Source: Candidatus Thorarchaeota archaeon (lineage in GTDB: Archaea > Asgardarchaeota > Thorarchaeia > Thorarchaeales > Thorarchaeaceae). From it: a stretch of DNA of 64,000 nt. Below are positions 36,223 through 46,738 of this stretch, one piece after another. Position 1 is the stretch's first letter; each line of letters starts with the position of its first letter. A program made the position numbers and the translations under genes. The DNA is taken from the NCBI GenBank assembly GCA_004524445.1, contig SDNP01000014.1:9013-73012 (forward strand), in the 5' to 3' direction. The notes under the pieces are model-generated. The model saw only the letters and a list, made by a program, of their open reading frames with translations. It was not told the DNA's origin and searched no databases.

Positions 36223-37260
36223 TTGCTGAATATCATACTGGCATTTGCTCTATCGTCACTTGTCGTCATTGGCGCAATGCCGACAATTATTAAGATGCTT
36301 GAAGAGAAGAAAATGTGTGGAATAGACGTACACAAACCCGAAAAACCTGAAGTGCCCAAAGGAGCTGGGTTCATACTCCTCTTCGCAATAGTAGGATCGC
36401 TCTTATTCTGGATAGGGATTACAACATTTCAAGCCCAGCAGGTTGTTAATCCGGGGCTTCTAGCGGCACTTGTATCGATTCTTATGGCAGGAATGATTGG
36501 GCTTCTTGATGATAACTTCGATTTCAGGAATAGAACGAAGGTTCTGCTTCCGCTAATAGCATCCATACCCATGATGGCCATGCAAGTAGGGGTTTCTAAA
36601 ATGACTATTCCATTTATCGGCACTCTTGATCTTGGACTTGTCTATCCTCTCATCATTGTTCCCCTCATGATGACCTTCATCATCGATTCCACGAATATGT
36701 ACGGTGGGATGAATGGGCTCGAAGTAGGATTGGCTGTTGTGAATTCGTCAGCCATTGTTGTGTTCATGTTGTTGTCGCCCAGCTTTACAGGAGTGCCTTT
36801 GAACCAAGGACAGACTGATGCGGTCACCATTGCTGCCGCTCTTCTCGGTGGATCCATTGCATTCTATATTTATAATCGATATCCAGCGAAGGTGCTCCCA
36901 GGAGATGTCGGAAGACTGCCTCTTGGAGCAACAATGGCTGCAGCACTCATACTTGGAAACATGGATAGATTGGCAGTTTTCCTTTACATCACATTCATGG
37001 TTAATTTCTTAATGTACCTCGGCTATCGAATATATGTTAAGAGGAAAAATAGCGAGTGGGCGAAATTTGCGGATGTGCAGGAGGATGGCTCTCTGGAAGT
37101 AGTGGGGCCGTTCACGATGTACTGGCTCTTTCCTTGGCTGCTGGGTGGTATAGACGAAAAGAAAAACGTCATCATTCTCATAACGCTACAAGCAATCATA
37201 GCATATTCAGCAGTTGTCCTACTACTGGTCGGTATTCCGTTGGGCATAGGATGGATTTGA
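36223..37260 (+). CDS. aglH: UDP-GlcNAc:dolichyl-phosphate GlcNAc-1-phosphate transferase (AglH/Alg7, MraY family)
   Basis: GIDVHKP..PEVP, IGLLDD, NMYGGMNGLE and YNRYPAKVLPGDVG motifs. Confidence 0.85.
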   Translation: MLNIILAFALSSLVVIGAMPTIIKMLEEKKMCGIDVHKPEKPEVPKGAGFILLFAIVGSLLFWIGITTFQAQQVVNPGLLAALVSILMAGMIGLLDDNFDFRNRTKVLLPLIASIPMMAMQVGVSKMTIPFIGTLDLGLVYPLIIVPLMMTFIIDSTNMYGGMNGLEVGLAVVNSSAIVVFMLLSPSFTGVPLNQGQTDAVTIAAALLGGSIAFYIYNRYPAKVLPGDVGRLPLGATMAAALILGNMDRLAVFLYITFMVNFLMYLGYRIYVKRKNSEWAKFADVQEDGSLEVVGPFTMYWLFPWLLGGIDEKKNVIILITLQAIIAYSAVVLLLVGIPLGIGWI

Positions 37261-37282
37261 CTCGGGACCTGGGTTTGGTATT

Positions 37283-38335
37283 TCAAATGATTTTAGCTGG
37301 TAGATACGAGTCAACAACAAAGTCCATGCCATGACGACTAAAGGCCTGTTGTTCAGCCTTCTTTCGAATATCCTTGAATTTCAGTATATGATTCTGCCAA
37401 TATGCTGTCTGGTATCGAGGGTCAAGAGATAGCTCATCTAACCGTTTGAGATCGGAATCACTCATTTTCTCAGTAGGCAAATCATATTCTTCTATATCTC
37501 TCGCGGTAACTCCAATCCATTCAGCATCAGGAACAGCCAAGTCAGAAATGTGTGCTGCATTTGCGCTCCCCGCCATGATTACTCTAGCAATATGAAGACC
37601 CCACGGATCTCCATCAGTGAATATATAGACGGGCAGATTCAAATCACAATGAAGGCGTTTCAGGAGATTACGGGTTGATCGGGGAGCCTGCCCGCCAAGG
37701 TGTACAAGTACTGCTCCAAATTTTTCCCAACAGCGGGTTTCAATCAAGCGGGAGAATATTCCTCCTGATTCCACCGCTAGAACTAGGTCAGCCTCTGTTT
37801 CGACCAGTTCTGCAGTCATTAGAGCAGCTCCAATTGGAAGCCCATCAGGACTGGTGGTCAATTCTATCTCCTTGCCCTCGTAGCCTGGTACTGTATACTG
37901 CATTGTAACTTGCCCAAAAATCGATGAGTGCTCTTCGGGAAAAATGCCCAAATCCTCTCTGGAAAGACCGGTAAGACATTCCAAGTCAGATACTATTCGA
38001 TCTGATTCTGATTGGTCCCTAAATTCGACCCCAAAGGCCTCGCTGGAGTAGTAGAGGTCTCTAAGAGAACTAGTTCTGCCTGTTTCAAGCAGCCGTTTTG
38101 TATAGGATGCAACCCAGAGTAGTTTCGAGAAACTACTTACATGTCGCAAATTCCCCGAGTCTCTAACAACCTTTGATTTTCCTAGTCTGAAGCGTTTTGA
38201 AACTGGATCATAGCTCATGTTGTCAGTACTTCGATCGCTAAGCTCCAATGTTGGGAATTGATGATTTCTAACAGAGGTGATTATATCTTCGCCGATATTC
38301 CTAAGAAGTGTGATTCTGGGGTCAGTTTCAGTCAA
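37283..38335 (-). CDS. top6A: DNA topoisomerase VI subunit A (TTG start after GAGGTG)
   Basis: SLRDLYY (catalytic Tyr), AVESGG, FTDGDPWG and KKAEQQA motifs. Confidence 0.95.
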   Translation of the reverse strand: MTETDPRITLLRNIGEDIITSVRNHQFPTLELSDRSTDNMSYDPVSKRFRLGKSKVVRDSGNLRHVSSFSKLLWVASYTKRLLETGRTSSLRDLYYSSEAFGVEFRDQSESDRIVSDLECLTGLSREDLGIFPEEHSSIFGQVTMQYTVPGYEGKEIELTTSPDGLPIGAALMTAELVETEADLVLAVESGGIFSRLIETRCWEKFGAVLVHLGGQAPRSTRNLLKRLHCDLNLPVYIFTDGDPWGLHIARVIMAGSANAAHISDLAVPDAEWIGVTARDIEEYDLPTEKMSDSDLKRLDELSLDPRYQTAYWQNHILKFKDIRKKAEQQAFSRHGMDFVVDSYLPAKII

Positions 38336-38336
38336 T

Positions 38337-39854
38337 TTATTCCACCTCAAAGAGTGACTTGACCATGTGGGCAGAGTCTGGGAAATGGTCAATATCTGCA
38401 AGGGAGGCGGCGGACTCGATGATAGTTTCAAAATATGATTCGAATTTCCTCATTCTTCGTTCAGCGCGACCAGCATTTCTTTTGGTCCTAACCCTTTTCC
38501 TTAATGAACGCCCTAGATAGCGTAACAGAGTGAGAGCTTCTTCAGAAATATTGCAGGCCGATGCAATTGACTGCTTGCCTGCCGCTTTGTAAGGCACCCT
38601 AGTTGAGCAGAAATGGAGATAAACAGCAACTCTCATTCCTGAGTCCAGTCCATAACGCGTCCAGTTTAGTTGGCGTATTACTTTAGAGAAGACATCCTCA
38701 GTTGGGTCGTAGAGAAGAGGCACCCTATTTGCGAATCTATAGAGACTTGGGACTTTTCCTGTTGGAAACATTTCACCTGTTGCAAGAACAGCTTCTATTA
38801 TGAATGGAAATCCATCACAATCTGAAGGATCCGTACATGCATAATCAATGATTTCACTATTGGTAGAAGCCTGTACTGATTTTACGAAGGATTCCTTGCC
38901 AATTGGACTTAGGCAACTGCTGTCAGGTCGCCCAAAACCATCAAATTTGCGCAACCCATCACTCAGGAGGGCTACTTCTTTCCTGCTCAAATTGGAAACA
39001 TTGGTTCTACTGCTGAAATTCAGGAAGTTAAGGATTTTTGAGGCTCTCTTTCTGCCTAGCTGCTGAAAGGAGTTCACAAGCAGTTCCTCCAATGATTTGG
39101 TGGGGCTGGATTTGATAATCCGTCGCAAGAGCTCGACATCTGCTGATCGCGGATGTGGCTTGTTATCCTGTGGAAGAGGAGGGAGCAGTTCGTCATAGGG
39201 ACCGAATGAATCTTTGAAATCATCTGTGATGTTGACCAGAATTTGAGCATGGGGAGTACCTACAGCACTAAGTCTAAGATATTCAATAATCCGCTCCCTT
39301 GAGCGTAGGCTATCTCCACGCATATGGATTGTGACTGTTGTACCAGGGGTTTCCCGTGGTTTGGCCTGAACGGAATCTACAATTGGTTCGTTCTTTTGGA
39401 CATCTATAAGGACTCTATATTCTCTCCCCTCATTATTAGTTGGCCGAGTGTGGATAAGTGCAGCACTATCAGTTGTAATTTGGCCGTAAAGTACTGCCAT
39501 TGTCACGCCAAGACCAAAAGTGCCTCTTCTCTGTCGCGAACTATACTTACTCCCGTACAAGATTCTGCCAAAAGCATCAGGAACCTGTTCATGAGGAACA
39601 CCTGTTCCGTTGTCTGAAACAGTGATTACCACCTCATCCGATACAGGATTTGAAACACTAACCTGTACATCAGGAAATTGCCTTGCAGTATCACAGGCAT
39701 CTAAGCTGTTTTCTACTAGCTCTCGAACTACCGTATAGACAGCCTGGGTTGGATTACTGAACCCAGCCATCTGCTTATTCCGGTAAAAGAACTCTGCAGG
39801 CGAGATGCTACTGAATGTTTCCTCAAGAACAGACTCTGCTGTCATATTATCCAC
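38337..39854 (-). CDS. top6B: DNA topoisomerase VI subunit B
   Basis: SPAEFFYRN, ELVENSLDA, DNGTG, RGTFGLG and RFANRVPLLY motifs. Confidence 0.95.
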   Translation of the reverse strand: MDNMTAESVLEETFSSISPAEFFYRNKQMAGFSNPTQAVYTVVRELVENSLDACDTARQFPDVQVSVSNPVSDEVVITVSDNGTGVPHEQVPDAFGRILYGSKYSSRQRRGTFGLGVTMAVLYGQITTDSAALIHTRPTNNEGREYRVLIDVQKNEPIVDSVQAKPRETPGTTVTIHMRGDSLRSRERIIEYLRLSAVGTPHAQILVNITDDFKDSFGPYDELLPPLPQDNKPHPRSADVELLRRIIKSSPTKSLEELLVNSFQQLGRKRASKILNFLNFSSRTNVSNLSRKEVALLSDGLRKFDGFGRPDSSCLSPIGKESFVKSVQASTNSEIIDYACTDPSDCDGFPFIIEAVLATGEMFPTGKVPSLYRFANRVPLLYDPTEDVFSKVIRQLNWTRYGLDSGMRVAVYLHFCSTRVPYKAAGKQSIASACNISEEALTLLRYLGRSLRKRVRTKRNAGRAERRMRKFESYFETIIESAASLADIDHFPDSAHMVKSLFEVE

Positions 39855-39899
39855 TGAAGATTGTGGATTAAGCTATTTTCAGACCAAGTATTACATATC

Positions 39900-40472
39900 T
39901 TAGAGCGGTTGTTCCCATAATTCGGCTTCGTATCGATTGATTGCTCTTCTTGCCCGCTCAAGGTACTTGTAGACAGAGGAGTGAGGAGCGCCATCAATCA
40001 ACATAGTGACCGCACGTCGAGCGTAATCTAGACCGGGATTTGGGCCGATAAGAGATACTGTCTTTCCATAGACGGAAACAAGAACATCGGTGGTCTGTTC
40101 AATGAATTTGCGTGTCCGTCCGTTTTCTCCAATAATACGACCTGCTACTCTCTTTATTTGGCTTGGCGAAGTCCCCACCAAATCGCGTAGTGATATGATA
40201 ATCAGTCTGTAGTCCTCTTCTATCAACGACAAAGCTTTCTTGGGGCTGAATCCTCGAGCCATAGCTCGTATAATGTCGCGTGCTTTCCAAGCCAAGATTG
40301 GACTCGCATTCTCTTCATCAGGCGGAGTTGTAATCGTCACAGCCCCTTCTTGAGAAGAAACATCTATCTTTGTATTAGTCAGCTTTTCAACTCTCTTCCT
40401 CACGCGACCATTCTTGCCAACTATGACACCTATTCGTTCGCTAGGTACTCGAATTGTTTCGTGGAAATACAT
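39900..40472 (-). CDS. KH-domain ribosome biogenesis protein (Dim2/Pno1)
   Basis: RIGVIVGKNG, ARGFSP, GRIIGENG and GAPHSSVY motifs. Confidence 0.92.
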   Translation of the reverse strand: MYFHETIRVPSERIGVIVGKNGRVRKRVEKLTNTKIDVSSQEGAVTITTPPDEENASPILAWKARDIIRAMARGFSPKKALSLIEEDYRLIIISLRDLVGTSPSQIKRVAGRIIGENGRTRKFIEQTTDVLVSVYGKTVSLIGPNPGLDYARRAVTMLIDGAPHSSVYKYLERARRAINRYEAELWEQPL

Positions 40473-40473
40473 T

Positions 40474-41259
40474 TTATTCCTCATCCGATGATAATATGTA
40501 GTCAGTAATGTCTTGGGTATCTGCGGTTTCTACTTCTAGCTTGTTGAAGTAAGATGTGATGTTTTGAATATCTCTATAGAGGTATTTCTCTGCGTAGTCA
40601 TGGGCTTTGAGAACAGCTTGAGAAACGTCTATGAAATAGGGCTTCTCTAGCCAGAGTATATTGAATTCGCTAAGATCAGCGTGGACCAATTGTGCTTCCG
40701 TGTAACCAATTTCTATCATACCAATTATCTCATTAAAGGCTTCTACTGGTGACTCCAGCTCGACATCCTTAAGCAGCGGTGCCGGTAATTTTGATTCATC
40801 ATCACCTATGAACTCCATGACTAATACATTCTTGTCTACTGCAATGGGTTCCGGTACACTCACGCCCGCCTCATGATATCTCTTTAGATTCTTGAACTCT
40901 TTTGCAGCCCATTGTGGAATTAGTGTTCGGCTTCGTCTGCTCACTCTAGAAAATCGAGGGTCGCTTATCATGTACTCTCGCATATAGTGAGTTTCAGCAG
41001 TTGAAACGCGATATATCTTGACGGCAAGTGGTTTGCCATCGGGATCCGCTCCCCTGTAGACACCAGCCTCCTTACCTGTGCTTATCGCCCCATAAACTGC
41101 ATCCAACACGCCTTTGTTCAACAGGCGATACAATACCTTTAGGGTTGGCGGGTCTATTACACCCTCAACAACCTTGAACTCGTCCGAGTCCTTCCTTTTG
41201 GACTTCTGGCGATCCAACTCATCTTGAATGGATTGCCACTCTTGTTCAGCATCTTTCAA
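40474..41259 (-). CDS. rio1: RIO1 serine/threonine kinase
   Basis: ISTGKEAGVY, AVKIY, LVHADLSEFN and IDVSQAV motifs. Confidence 0.95.
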   Translation of the reverse strand: MKDAEQEWQSIQDELDRQKSKRKDSDEFKVVEGVIDPPTLKVLYRLLNKGVLDAVYGAISTGKEAGVYRGADPDGKPLAVKIYRVSTAETHYMREYMISDPRFSRVSRRSRTLIPQWAAKEFKNLKRYHEAGVSVPEPIAVDKNVLVMEFIGDDESKLPAPLLKDVELESPVEAFNEIIGMIEIGYTEAQLVHADLSEFNILWLEKPYFIDVSQAVLKAHDYAEKYLYRDIQNITSYFNKLEVETADTQDITDYILSSDEE

Positions 41260-41340
41260 TTCCTGATTTCACCTGAGACACTAATTACAAGCTCTCTATC
41301 AGCCTTGGATGTTCAGAGAGAAAAAGTTTGGGCATGGAAC

Positions 41341-41658
41341 TCAGAACATCTTCAGGATGCCCTTTCTCTTAAGCCAATCCACTTCATTTCCACGATATCG
41401 CCAGACAACATCGCATTTCTCATCGCTCTGGAAAGCCCACGGTACTACTAGTACTGTATCCCCCATTCGCATCCATATCCTCTTCTTCATTCTACCGGGG
41501 ATACGGCCGATTCTCATTTCGCCATCTTCGCATCTTACTCTGACACGATCATGGCCAAGCATCTGCACAATGATACCAAACATTTCGCCTTCATCTCGAT
41601 GTGGAGTCCTTACTCTAAAGGTTGCTTCATCAGATGAGTCGTTATTTCTTGGTGACAA
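41341..41658 (-). CDS. eif1a: Translation initiation factor aIF-1A
   Basis: RIPGRMKKRIWMRMGD, VVPWAFQ, VWRY. Confidence 0.95.
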   Translation of the reverse strand: MSPRNNDSSDEATFRVRTPHRDEGEMFGIIVQMLGHDRVRVRCEDGEMRIGRIPGRMKKRIWMRMGDTVLVVPWAFQSDEKCDVVWRYRGNEVDWLKRKGILKMF

Positions 41659-41789
41659 AATAATCCTCCAATATGCCGCAGGCTTAGAATCCGCGGTGTG
41701 TAAATTTGATGGTGAAAAGTGGGCATTTAAGAGTACCGAAACATCATTGGCAAGTTCACTAATTGAGGGTCAAAATTCATGAAGCAGCA

Positions 41790-42899
41790 TTATGAGTCAT
41801 TTGTTTCTTCTGTGGAGGACGGCAAAATATGGATGTCACCCTCATATTCGATTCCTTTGACTATGGCGCCTGGTTGAATATCCTCTGACTTGAGGACAGC
41901 CGATTCAACTTCCACAACTTGGAAGGATTCTTGGTCCATAAGCTGAATTGGTTGATCATAGGCATTAGCAACCACCATGAACTCTTTTGCAGCTGAATTG
42001 GGTGCAATGAATTGTATTGACTGCCAGCGAGAGCTTTTTGGATTAATAGTGAAGTGTTCGCGAGTGACCAAGTCATAGCATGCCAGTCCGCCTCGACCCA
42101 TATCTAGAACTTGACATAAGTTTCCCGACACTTGGATGAAGTCGTCTCTTGAGAAGCGAGGAAGGCGTAGCAAGATTGTAATCCTGAATTTCTCTTTGCC
42201 ATCTTTTTCTTGACCAATCAGTTTGTAATTCTCTTTGCGTTCAGCTAAGTATCGTGCCTCGACCTCATCTGCAATACGGCGGGCTAGGTGTTCTGAACCA
42301 ATATAGAAGTCCAATCCAAATTTCGTATCATCTACTTCTATTATGAAAGCTCTTTCATCCCTGCCATATTCAGAGACCGTAAGGTCAGTTGCGAGGTCAG
42401 CAATGCTCTCTTCTTCGCTTTCAGAAACGGGTCGTTCATCTGCTCTAATCTGGATGATGGCTTCATGATAGCCACCGCTCATCATTCCACAGGTGTCACA
42501 AGTTCCATAGTCAAACCGAATTTCAACTGGGTATTCCTCAGTGTGAGGGGCGAGGTCATCATGGGATTTGCCTCGGGCTACGAGATTTATGTGGAGAACT
42601 CTATCTAGTTTATTCGTTTCAACAATAGTAACTTCGAGGTCGTTTCCAAGTGCCTCTATTTCTCTATCAAGAACAATCGACACATGTTCTTCTCTTGTTG
42701 TCACCTTATCCTCCGGTGATGATTTTATGGTCTGCCAGCCCCCAGGTACTTTGACTGCCCCACATCTCTTACATACAACTAGTCTGACAAGTGGGTCTAC
42801 TTTCATGAGTGGATGTTCTTCGTTGTAGCAGTCAGCGCATAGACCGTCAACTACTGAAGGGGCTCCACATAGATAACATGGCGCTGGCAAAGTATTCAC
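41790..42899 (-). CDS. nmd3: NMD3 family 60S export-factor homologue
   Basis: Four CxxC pairs, GGYHEAIIQIR, C-terminal eIF5A-like OB region. Confidence 0.9.
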   Translation of the reverse strand: MNTLPAPCYLCGAPSVVDGLCADCYNEEHPLMKVDPLVRLVVCKRCGAVKVPGGWQTIKSSPEDKVTTREEHVSIVLDREIEALGNDLEVTIVETNKLDRVLHINLVARGKSHDDLAPHTEEYPVEIRFDYGTCDTCGMMSGGYHEAIIQIRADERPVSESEEESIADLATDLTVSEYGRDERAFIIEVDDTKFGLDFYIGSEHLARRIADEVEARYLAERKENYKLIGQEKDGKEKFRITILLRLPRFSRDDFIQVSGNLCQVLDMGRGGLACYDLVTREHFTINPKSSRWQSIQFIAPNSAAKEFMVVANAYDQPIQLMDQESFQVVEVESAVLKSEDIQPGAIVKGIEYEGDIHILPSSTEETNDS

Positions 42900-43021
42900 A
42901 CATCCGGGTCTTTCACGAGGACTTATGAGAGTGATTCAATAAGCACTTTGAAAACTTCTTGTAAAAGTGATAAGGACATTGATAACGGATATTATTTATG
43001 ATTTAGTAGCTAGTAAGGCCC

Positions 43022-43483
43022 ATGCCTCGAAGAAAGACAAGAAGACGAGTTTCCAAGGAACCGATTATTTCAGTGTACAAACCAGCTGGAATACCTGCCA
43101 ATGAGTTAGAAGAGATACTTCTATCCGTAGATGAATTTGAGGCGATTCGCCTTGCGGACTTGGAGGGGATTAATCAGCGAAAAGCGTCACAAAGAATGCA
43201 TGTGAGCCAGCCTACTTTTAATAGAATCTTGTCTTCAGCACGCACAAAAGTAGCACGGGGACTAGTAGAAGGAAATGTGCTTCGAATTGAGGGAGGAAAT
43301 TACATCTTGGCAGATGGTACAGGGTTCCTGAAATGCTTGGATTGTGGTGCTGCTATTTCCACTAATTTGGAACAGGTAAGAAATTGTCCTGAGTGTGAAT
43401 CTTCCAAACTAAGATGGCGTCGAATGAAACCCAAAGAGGACAATAAGGGGAAGGACCCGATTACAAAAGAAACTGTGTTATAA
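43022..43483 (+). CDS. DUF134 DNA-binding protein with a C-terminal zinc ribbon
   Basis: MPRRK.RRRV, DEFEAIRLAD, VSQPTF, IEGG, CLDC..CPEC. Confidence 0.9.
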   Translation: MPRRKTRRRVSKEPIISVYKPAGIPANELEEILLSVDEFEAIRLADLEGINQRKASQRMHVSQPTFNRILSSARTKVARGLVEGNVLRIEGGNYILADGTGFLKCLDCGAAISTNLEQVRNCPECESSKLRWRRMKPKEDNKGKDPITKETVL

Positions 43484-43789
43484 TTTGACCCATTGAGCGT
43501 GAGGGTGACCTTCAATGTATATGACTGCGTTCTTATGAACATAACCAGCTTCAATTGCAGCCTCAACGCTATCCGTACCTACCATGTTGGCAATAGTCGC
43601 ATTTTTCAGATGTCGTAGGCAGGTATCAACATCAACGAGGTCACCGCCATAAAATTCCTCGTTCACGTTGAATTTTATCTTGCCTTCGGAGAGGGTTCTA
43701 CCCAATAGTTTCTCATCACAGACAGAGACCACAACATGATCAAGACGTTCTCGAACTCTGATATATACAGACGGCATTCGTCCCTTCAC
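43478..43789 (-). CDS. DUF424 family protein
   Basis: VCDEKLLG, EFYGG, ATIANMVG, PHAQ. Confidence 0.88.
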   Translation of the reverse strand: MKGRMPSVYIRVRERLDHVVVSVCDEKLLGRTLSEGKIKFNVNEEFYGGDLVDVDTCLRHLKNATIANMVGTDSVEAAIEAGYVHKNAVIYIEGHPHAQWVKL

Positions 43790-43792
43790 CTC

Positions 43793-44209
43793 TTAAACGG
43801 GTCTGATTGATGTCGATGCTCCACATGCAGTACACTTGAGATAATATGCGTTACCTTGCTTCTCCATATGGGTATCAGGACGGCCACAAACTGGACAAGT
43901 AACATATGCTGCAATATAACCGTTCAAAACATCTTCAATCAGCTCAGCGTTGAATTTGCCCTGGAAAACTGCTCCTCCACCTTCGATATTGCCCGCGGTA
44001 GCCAGTTGACCTGACACATATTTCAGGACCTCTTTCCCAGGTCTATTGAGTACAGTTAGAACCTCCTGAAAGTTTTGCCAAATTGTCCGATTCCCTTGAA
44101 TAATTGCTTGAACATCTGGCACTTGAAACCGCTCACCAGACTTCTCGAAAGCGTCCTGCGGCACGTTTGACCGGGCTCGATCTAATAGGTTCTCGTAGTC
44201 TTCGTCCAT
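43793..44209 (-). CDS. eif2b: Translation initiation factor aIF-2 beta
   Basis: YENLLDRA, ERF, GNRT..NF, YVTCPVCGRPDT..CTACGA. Confidence 0.95.
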   Translation of the reverse strand: MDEDYENLLDRARSNVPQDAFEKSGERFQVPDVQAIIQGNRTIWQNFQEVLTVLNRPGKEVLKYVSGQLATAGNIEGGGAVFQGKFNAELIEDVLNGYIAAYVTCPVCGRPDTHMEKQGNAYYLKCTACGASTSIRPV

Positions 44210-44260
44210 ATCAACTTTGACTCCTTGTTGCTACTTGAAGCTTCTGATTAAGTACTCAAC

Positions 44261-44950
44261 CTATCTATCGGTTGGTCGATAAACCCCGACACTTTGCTCT
44301 GCTATTGTCCCGTTTGCGCCCAGCTCGATAATCTCGCGATTGACCGCAGTCTTACTCACACCTTGTTCTTGGAAATGGTCGGCTATTTTCTGTATCGGAA
44401 CTCCCTCAGGCGAATCATTCTCCCGGATAAACTCAAGGATTTCTCCCTTGAGCCCTCTGAGAGTGATAGTCTGTTGAGCAGGCTGCGAAGGTTCCTGTTT
44501 ACGAGGCCCCTGTTCAATCTCCTCCATATCAATTGACTTCTTGCTTGAGTCATCACCCATAAGGAGAATGGACCTGTAACGTTCTAAATGATGTAAAGTC
44601 ATCAGATTAGGGTCATCGATTTCTTTGATAATCTCTGGAACTATGTAAATTTCATCATTATAGTTTCTAACCTTCCCTATAACCATTGCATAGATATCCT
44701 GACTCACTTTTTCAAGAGCTTCTGCTTCAGCGCCCCAGGCTTTTGCGCGAATGGTTTCAGTCCCGTCATCGATAGTAATGCTGGCGAAATTGTCTTTTCC
44801 CGATATTTTATCCACAATTTGACCCTGAATCTTCACCCTTCGCAACTCAACACCCTGTGGTGATAGGACTTTCGGACCATCTTCATCGCCATATTGTCCA
44901 TTTACAATATCCGAAATCCATGCGCGGATGGCCGTTAATCTTTCTCTCAT
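44261..44950 (-). CDS. RPA32-like ssDNA-binding protein (OB fold plus C-terminal winged helix)
   Basis: RVKIQG, IDDGTETI and IGKVRNY..EIYIVPEII motifs; C-terminal ILEFI..PEGV..I winged helix. Confidence 0.85.
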   Translation of the reverse strand: MRERLTAIRAWISDIVNGQYGDEDGPKVLSPQGVELRRVKIQGQIVDKISGKDNFASITIDDGTETIRAKAWGAEAEALEKVSQDIYAMVIGKVRNYNDEIYIVPEIIKEIDDPNLMTLHHLERYRSILLMGDDSSKKSIDMEEIEQGPRKQEPSQPAQQTITLRGLKGEILEFIRENDSPEGVPIQKIADHFQEQGVSKTAVNREIIELGANGTIAEQSVGVYRPTDR

Positions 44951-45055
44951 CTCACAAAATCACCTTGCTTCATTAATCTTTCAAGTTGCCCATATTTAGA
45001 GTTCTCGGAACCGCTTTTGATTATATCTCTTCATCATCTTGATTTGGAGTGTATG

Positions 45056-46090
45056 CTACAAAAAGTCAGCTAGTGAGCTCTGTTGACCGCTTTCTTCTAT
45101 TTCACGTAGCGCTTTCTCTAAACGACCAAGTGTACTATTCACTCGGTTCCTGCTAAAATCGTGTACATCACACAATAATCCCCTCACCGCATCTGGATCT
45201 GGGTCAGTCCATTCCAATTTTTCAATATGTGATTCAGGAGGATGAAGAAAGATTTCTCTAATTCTCTCATATGGAAAATCTACCTCCAAGTCCTTGGTTT
45301 CCACTGCGGTCTCTAAATCACCGTATTCTTGGATTAGTTTTAGAGCAGTCTTTGCACCGACACCAGGAATATTGTCGTTATAGTCTGTTCCAACCATGAT
45401 GGCAATGTCGATTAGTTGTGGCCTAGTAACTTCAAGCAGTTTTAAATTCATATCAAGGTCGATTATCTCGGGGTGTACAGTTTTGTACCGTTTAGATCTT
45501 GCCACTCGTCTTCTTCCAGTAATGGATAGATTTCGAACCATGAGAGGACAATCGTACAACAGGGAGTCATAGTCTTGACTTGCACTCGCCCAAACCATGT
45601 TGTTTCTTGCAATCTGCGCGGCCAGTGCCTCTCCTTCTGATGGTGCCTGAATGACGGGAATGCCAAGGGCTCGAAGAAGTGATTTGCTCCCTTCAATCAT
45701 ATTGGTAGTGAGGCGAGAACTTGCTTGCGCAGCCTTTCTGGCATCTTCGATACGACCCTCTGCCTTGGCTTTTTTCCATTCTTTCTCGGCATCCGTCCGT
45801 ATCTCGCGTCTACGTTCCACCTCTTCAGATTTCAACGAGGGGGCTTCGCCATCGTACACGTATGCTGGCAGAATACCATGTTCCAGAAGTCGCACATTGC
45901 GATAAAACAGTCCACTGAGATGACTGGTAATTCGCCCTTGTCGATCTTTCAAAGGAGTTCCATCTGGCTGACGGATAATGGAAAGGAATTGATACAAGGT
46001 GTTGAATGCATCGATTGCAATCCTTCGCCCAGAAAGAGCTTCGAGTGAGCTCTCGTCAGCTCGAATGATATCTCCGATGTTCGTTCCCAT
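45056..46090 (-). CDS. fen: Flap endonuclease 1
   Basis: IDAFNTLYQFLSIIRQPDG, APSEGEA, SQDYDSLL, GTDYN and C-terminal PIP box QSSLADF. Confidence 0.97.
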   Translation of the reverse strand: MGTNIGDIIRADESSLEALSGRRIAIDAFNTLYQFLSIIRQPDGTPLKDRQGRITSHLSGLFYRNVRLLEHGILPAYVYDGEAPSLKSEEVERRREIRTDAEKEWKKAKAEGRIEDARKAAQASSRLTTNMIEGSKSLLRALGIPVIQAPSEGEALAAQIARNNMVWASASQDYDSLLYDCPLMVRNLSITGRRRVARSKRYKTVHPEIIDLDMNLKLLEVTRPQLIDIAIMVGTDYNDNIPGVGAKTALKLIQEYGDLETAVETKDLEVDFPYERIREIFLHPPESHIEKLEWTDPDPDAVRGLLCDVHDFSRNRVNSTLGRLEKALREIEESGQQSSLADFL

Positions 46091-46227
46091 GGTATGCATC
46101 CTCTGAAGTTATGCTATCTGAAGTTGGCATGGCAATATATCAGTTGAGTTTTTAGAAGGAATGTTTTGATGGTTTGGAGAGGGCATCAACAACGAGCTCT
46201 TCGGTAGGTTTATAATCTGTTCAAAAA

Positions 46228-46449
46228 TTGGCCCCACGAACTCGGACTAAGTCAGTTCAACTTGGTGATAGCTTGTCAAAAATTAAGGTCATTCGATGCA
46301 CTTCATGTCACGGTTCCGTTTCGCCTAAAGAGGATAGTGTGAAGTTTCAGTGTCCATCCTGTGGTGAGTTCACCATATGGCGCTGTGAGGACTGTAGAAG
46401 ATTTTCAAATCGATACACCTGCCCAAATTGCGGGTTTGAGGGGCCGTAG
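46228..46449 (+). CDS. Small double zinc-ribbon protein (DUF1610-like)
   Basis: CTSC, FQCPSCG, RCEDCR, YTCPNCGFEGP; conserved position upstream of aEF-1beta. Confidence 0.9.
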   Translation: MAPRTRTKSVQLGDSLSKIKVIRCTSCHGSVSPKEDSVKFQCPSCGEFTIWRCEDCRRFSNRYTCPNCGFEGP

Positions 46450-46471
46450 TCTATTGAGAGATGGATAAGAA

Positions 46472-46738
46472 ATGGCACGAGTAATCATAACACTTAGAGT
46501 GATGCCAGAGGATGTAGACGTCGATTTAGACGACCTACTTGAGAGAATAAAGAAGGCCATTCCAGAAGGAACTGATGTACGAGCTACTGAGATTGTTCCC
46601 ATTGCATTTGGCCTCAAGGCGCTGAGGATGAATGTCGCTCGTGATGAATCAATGGGTGGCACTGATGATATAGAAGAGGCCATTGGTGCTCAGGATGGGG
46701 TTTCACAAGTAGAGGTAGAAATGGTTTCTAGAATGTAG
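46472..46738 (+). CDS. ef1b: Translation elongation factor aEF-1 beta
   Basis: RVMPEDVDVDLD and PIAFGLKAL motifs. Confidence 0.95.
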   Translation: MARVIITLRVMPEDVDVDLDDLLERIKKAIPEGTDVRATEIVPIAFGLKALRMNVARDESMGGTDDIEEAIGAQDGVSQVEVEMVSRM

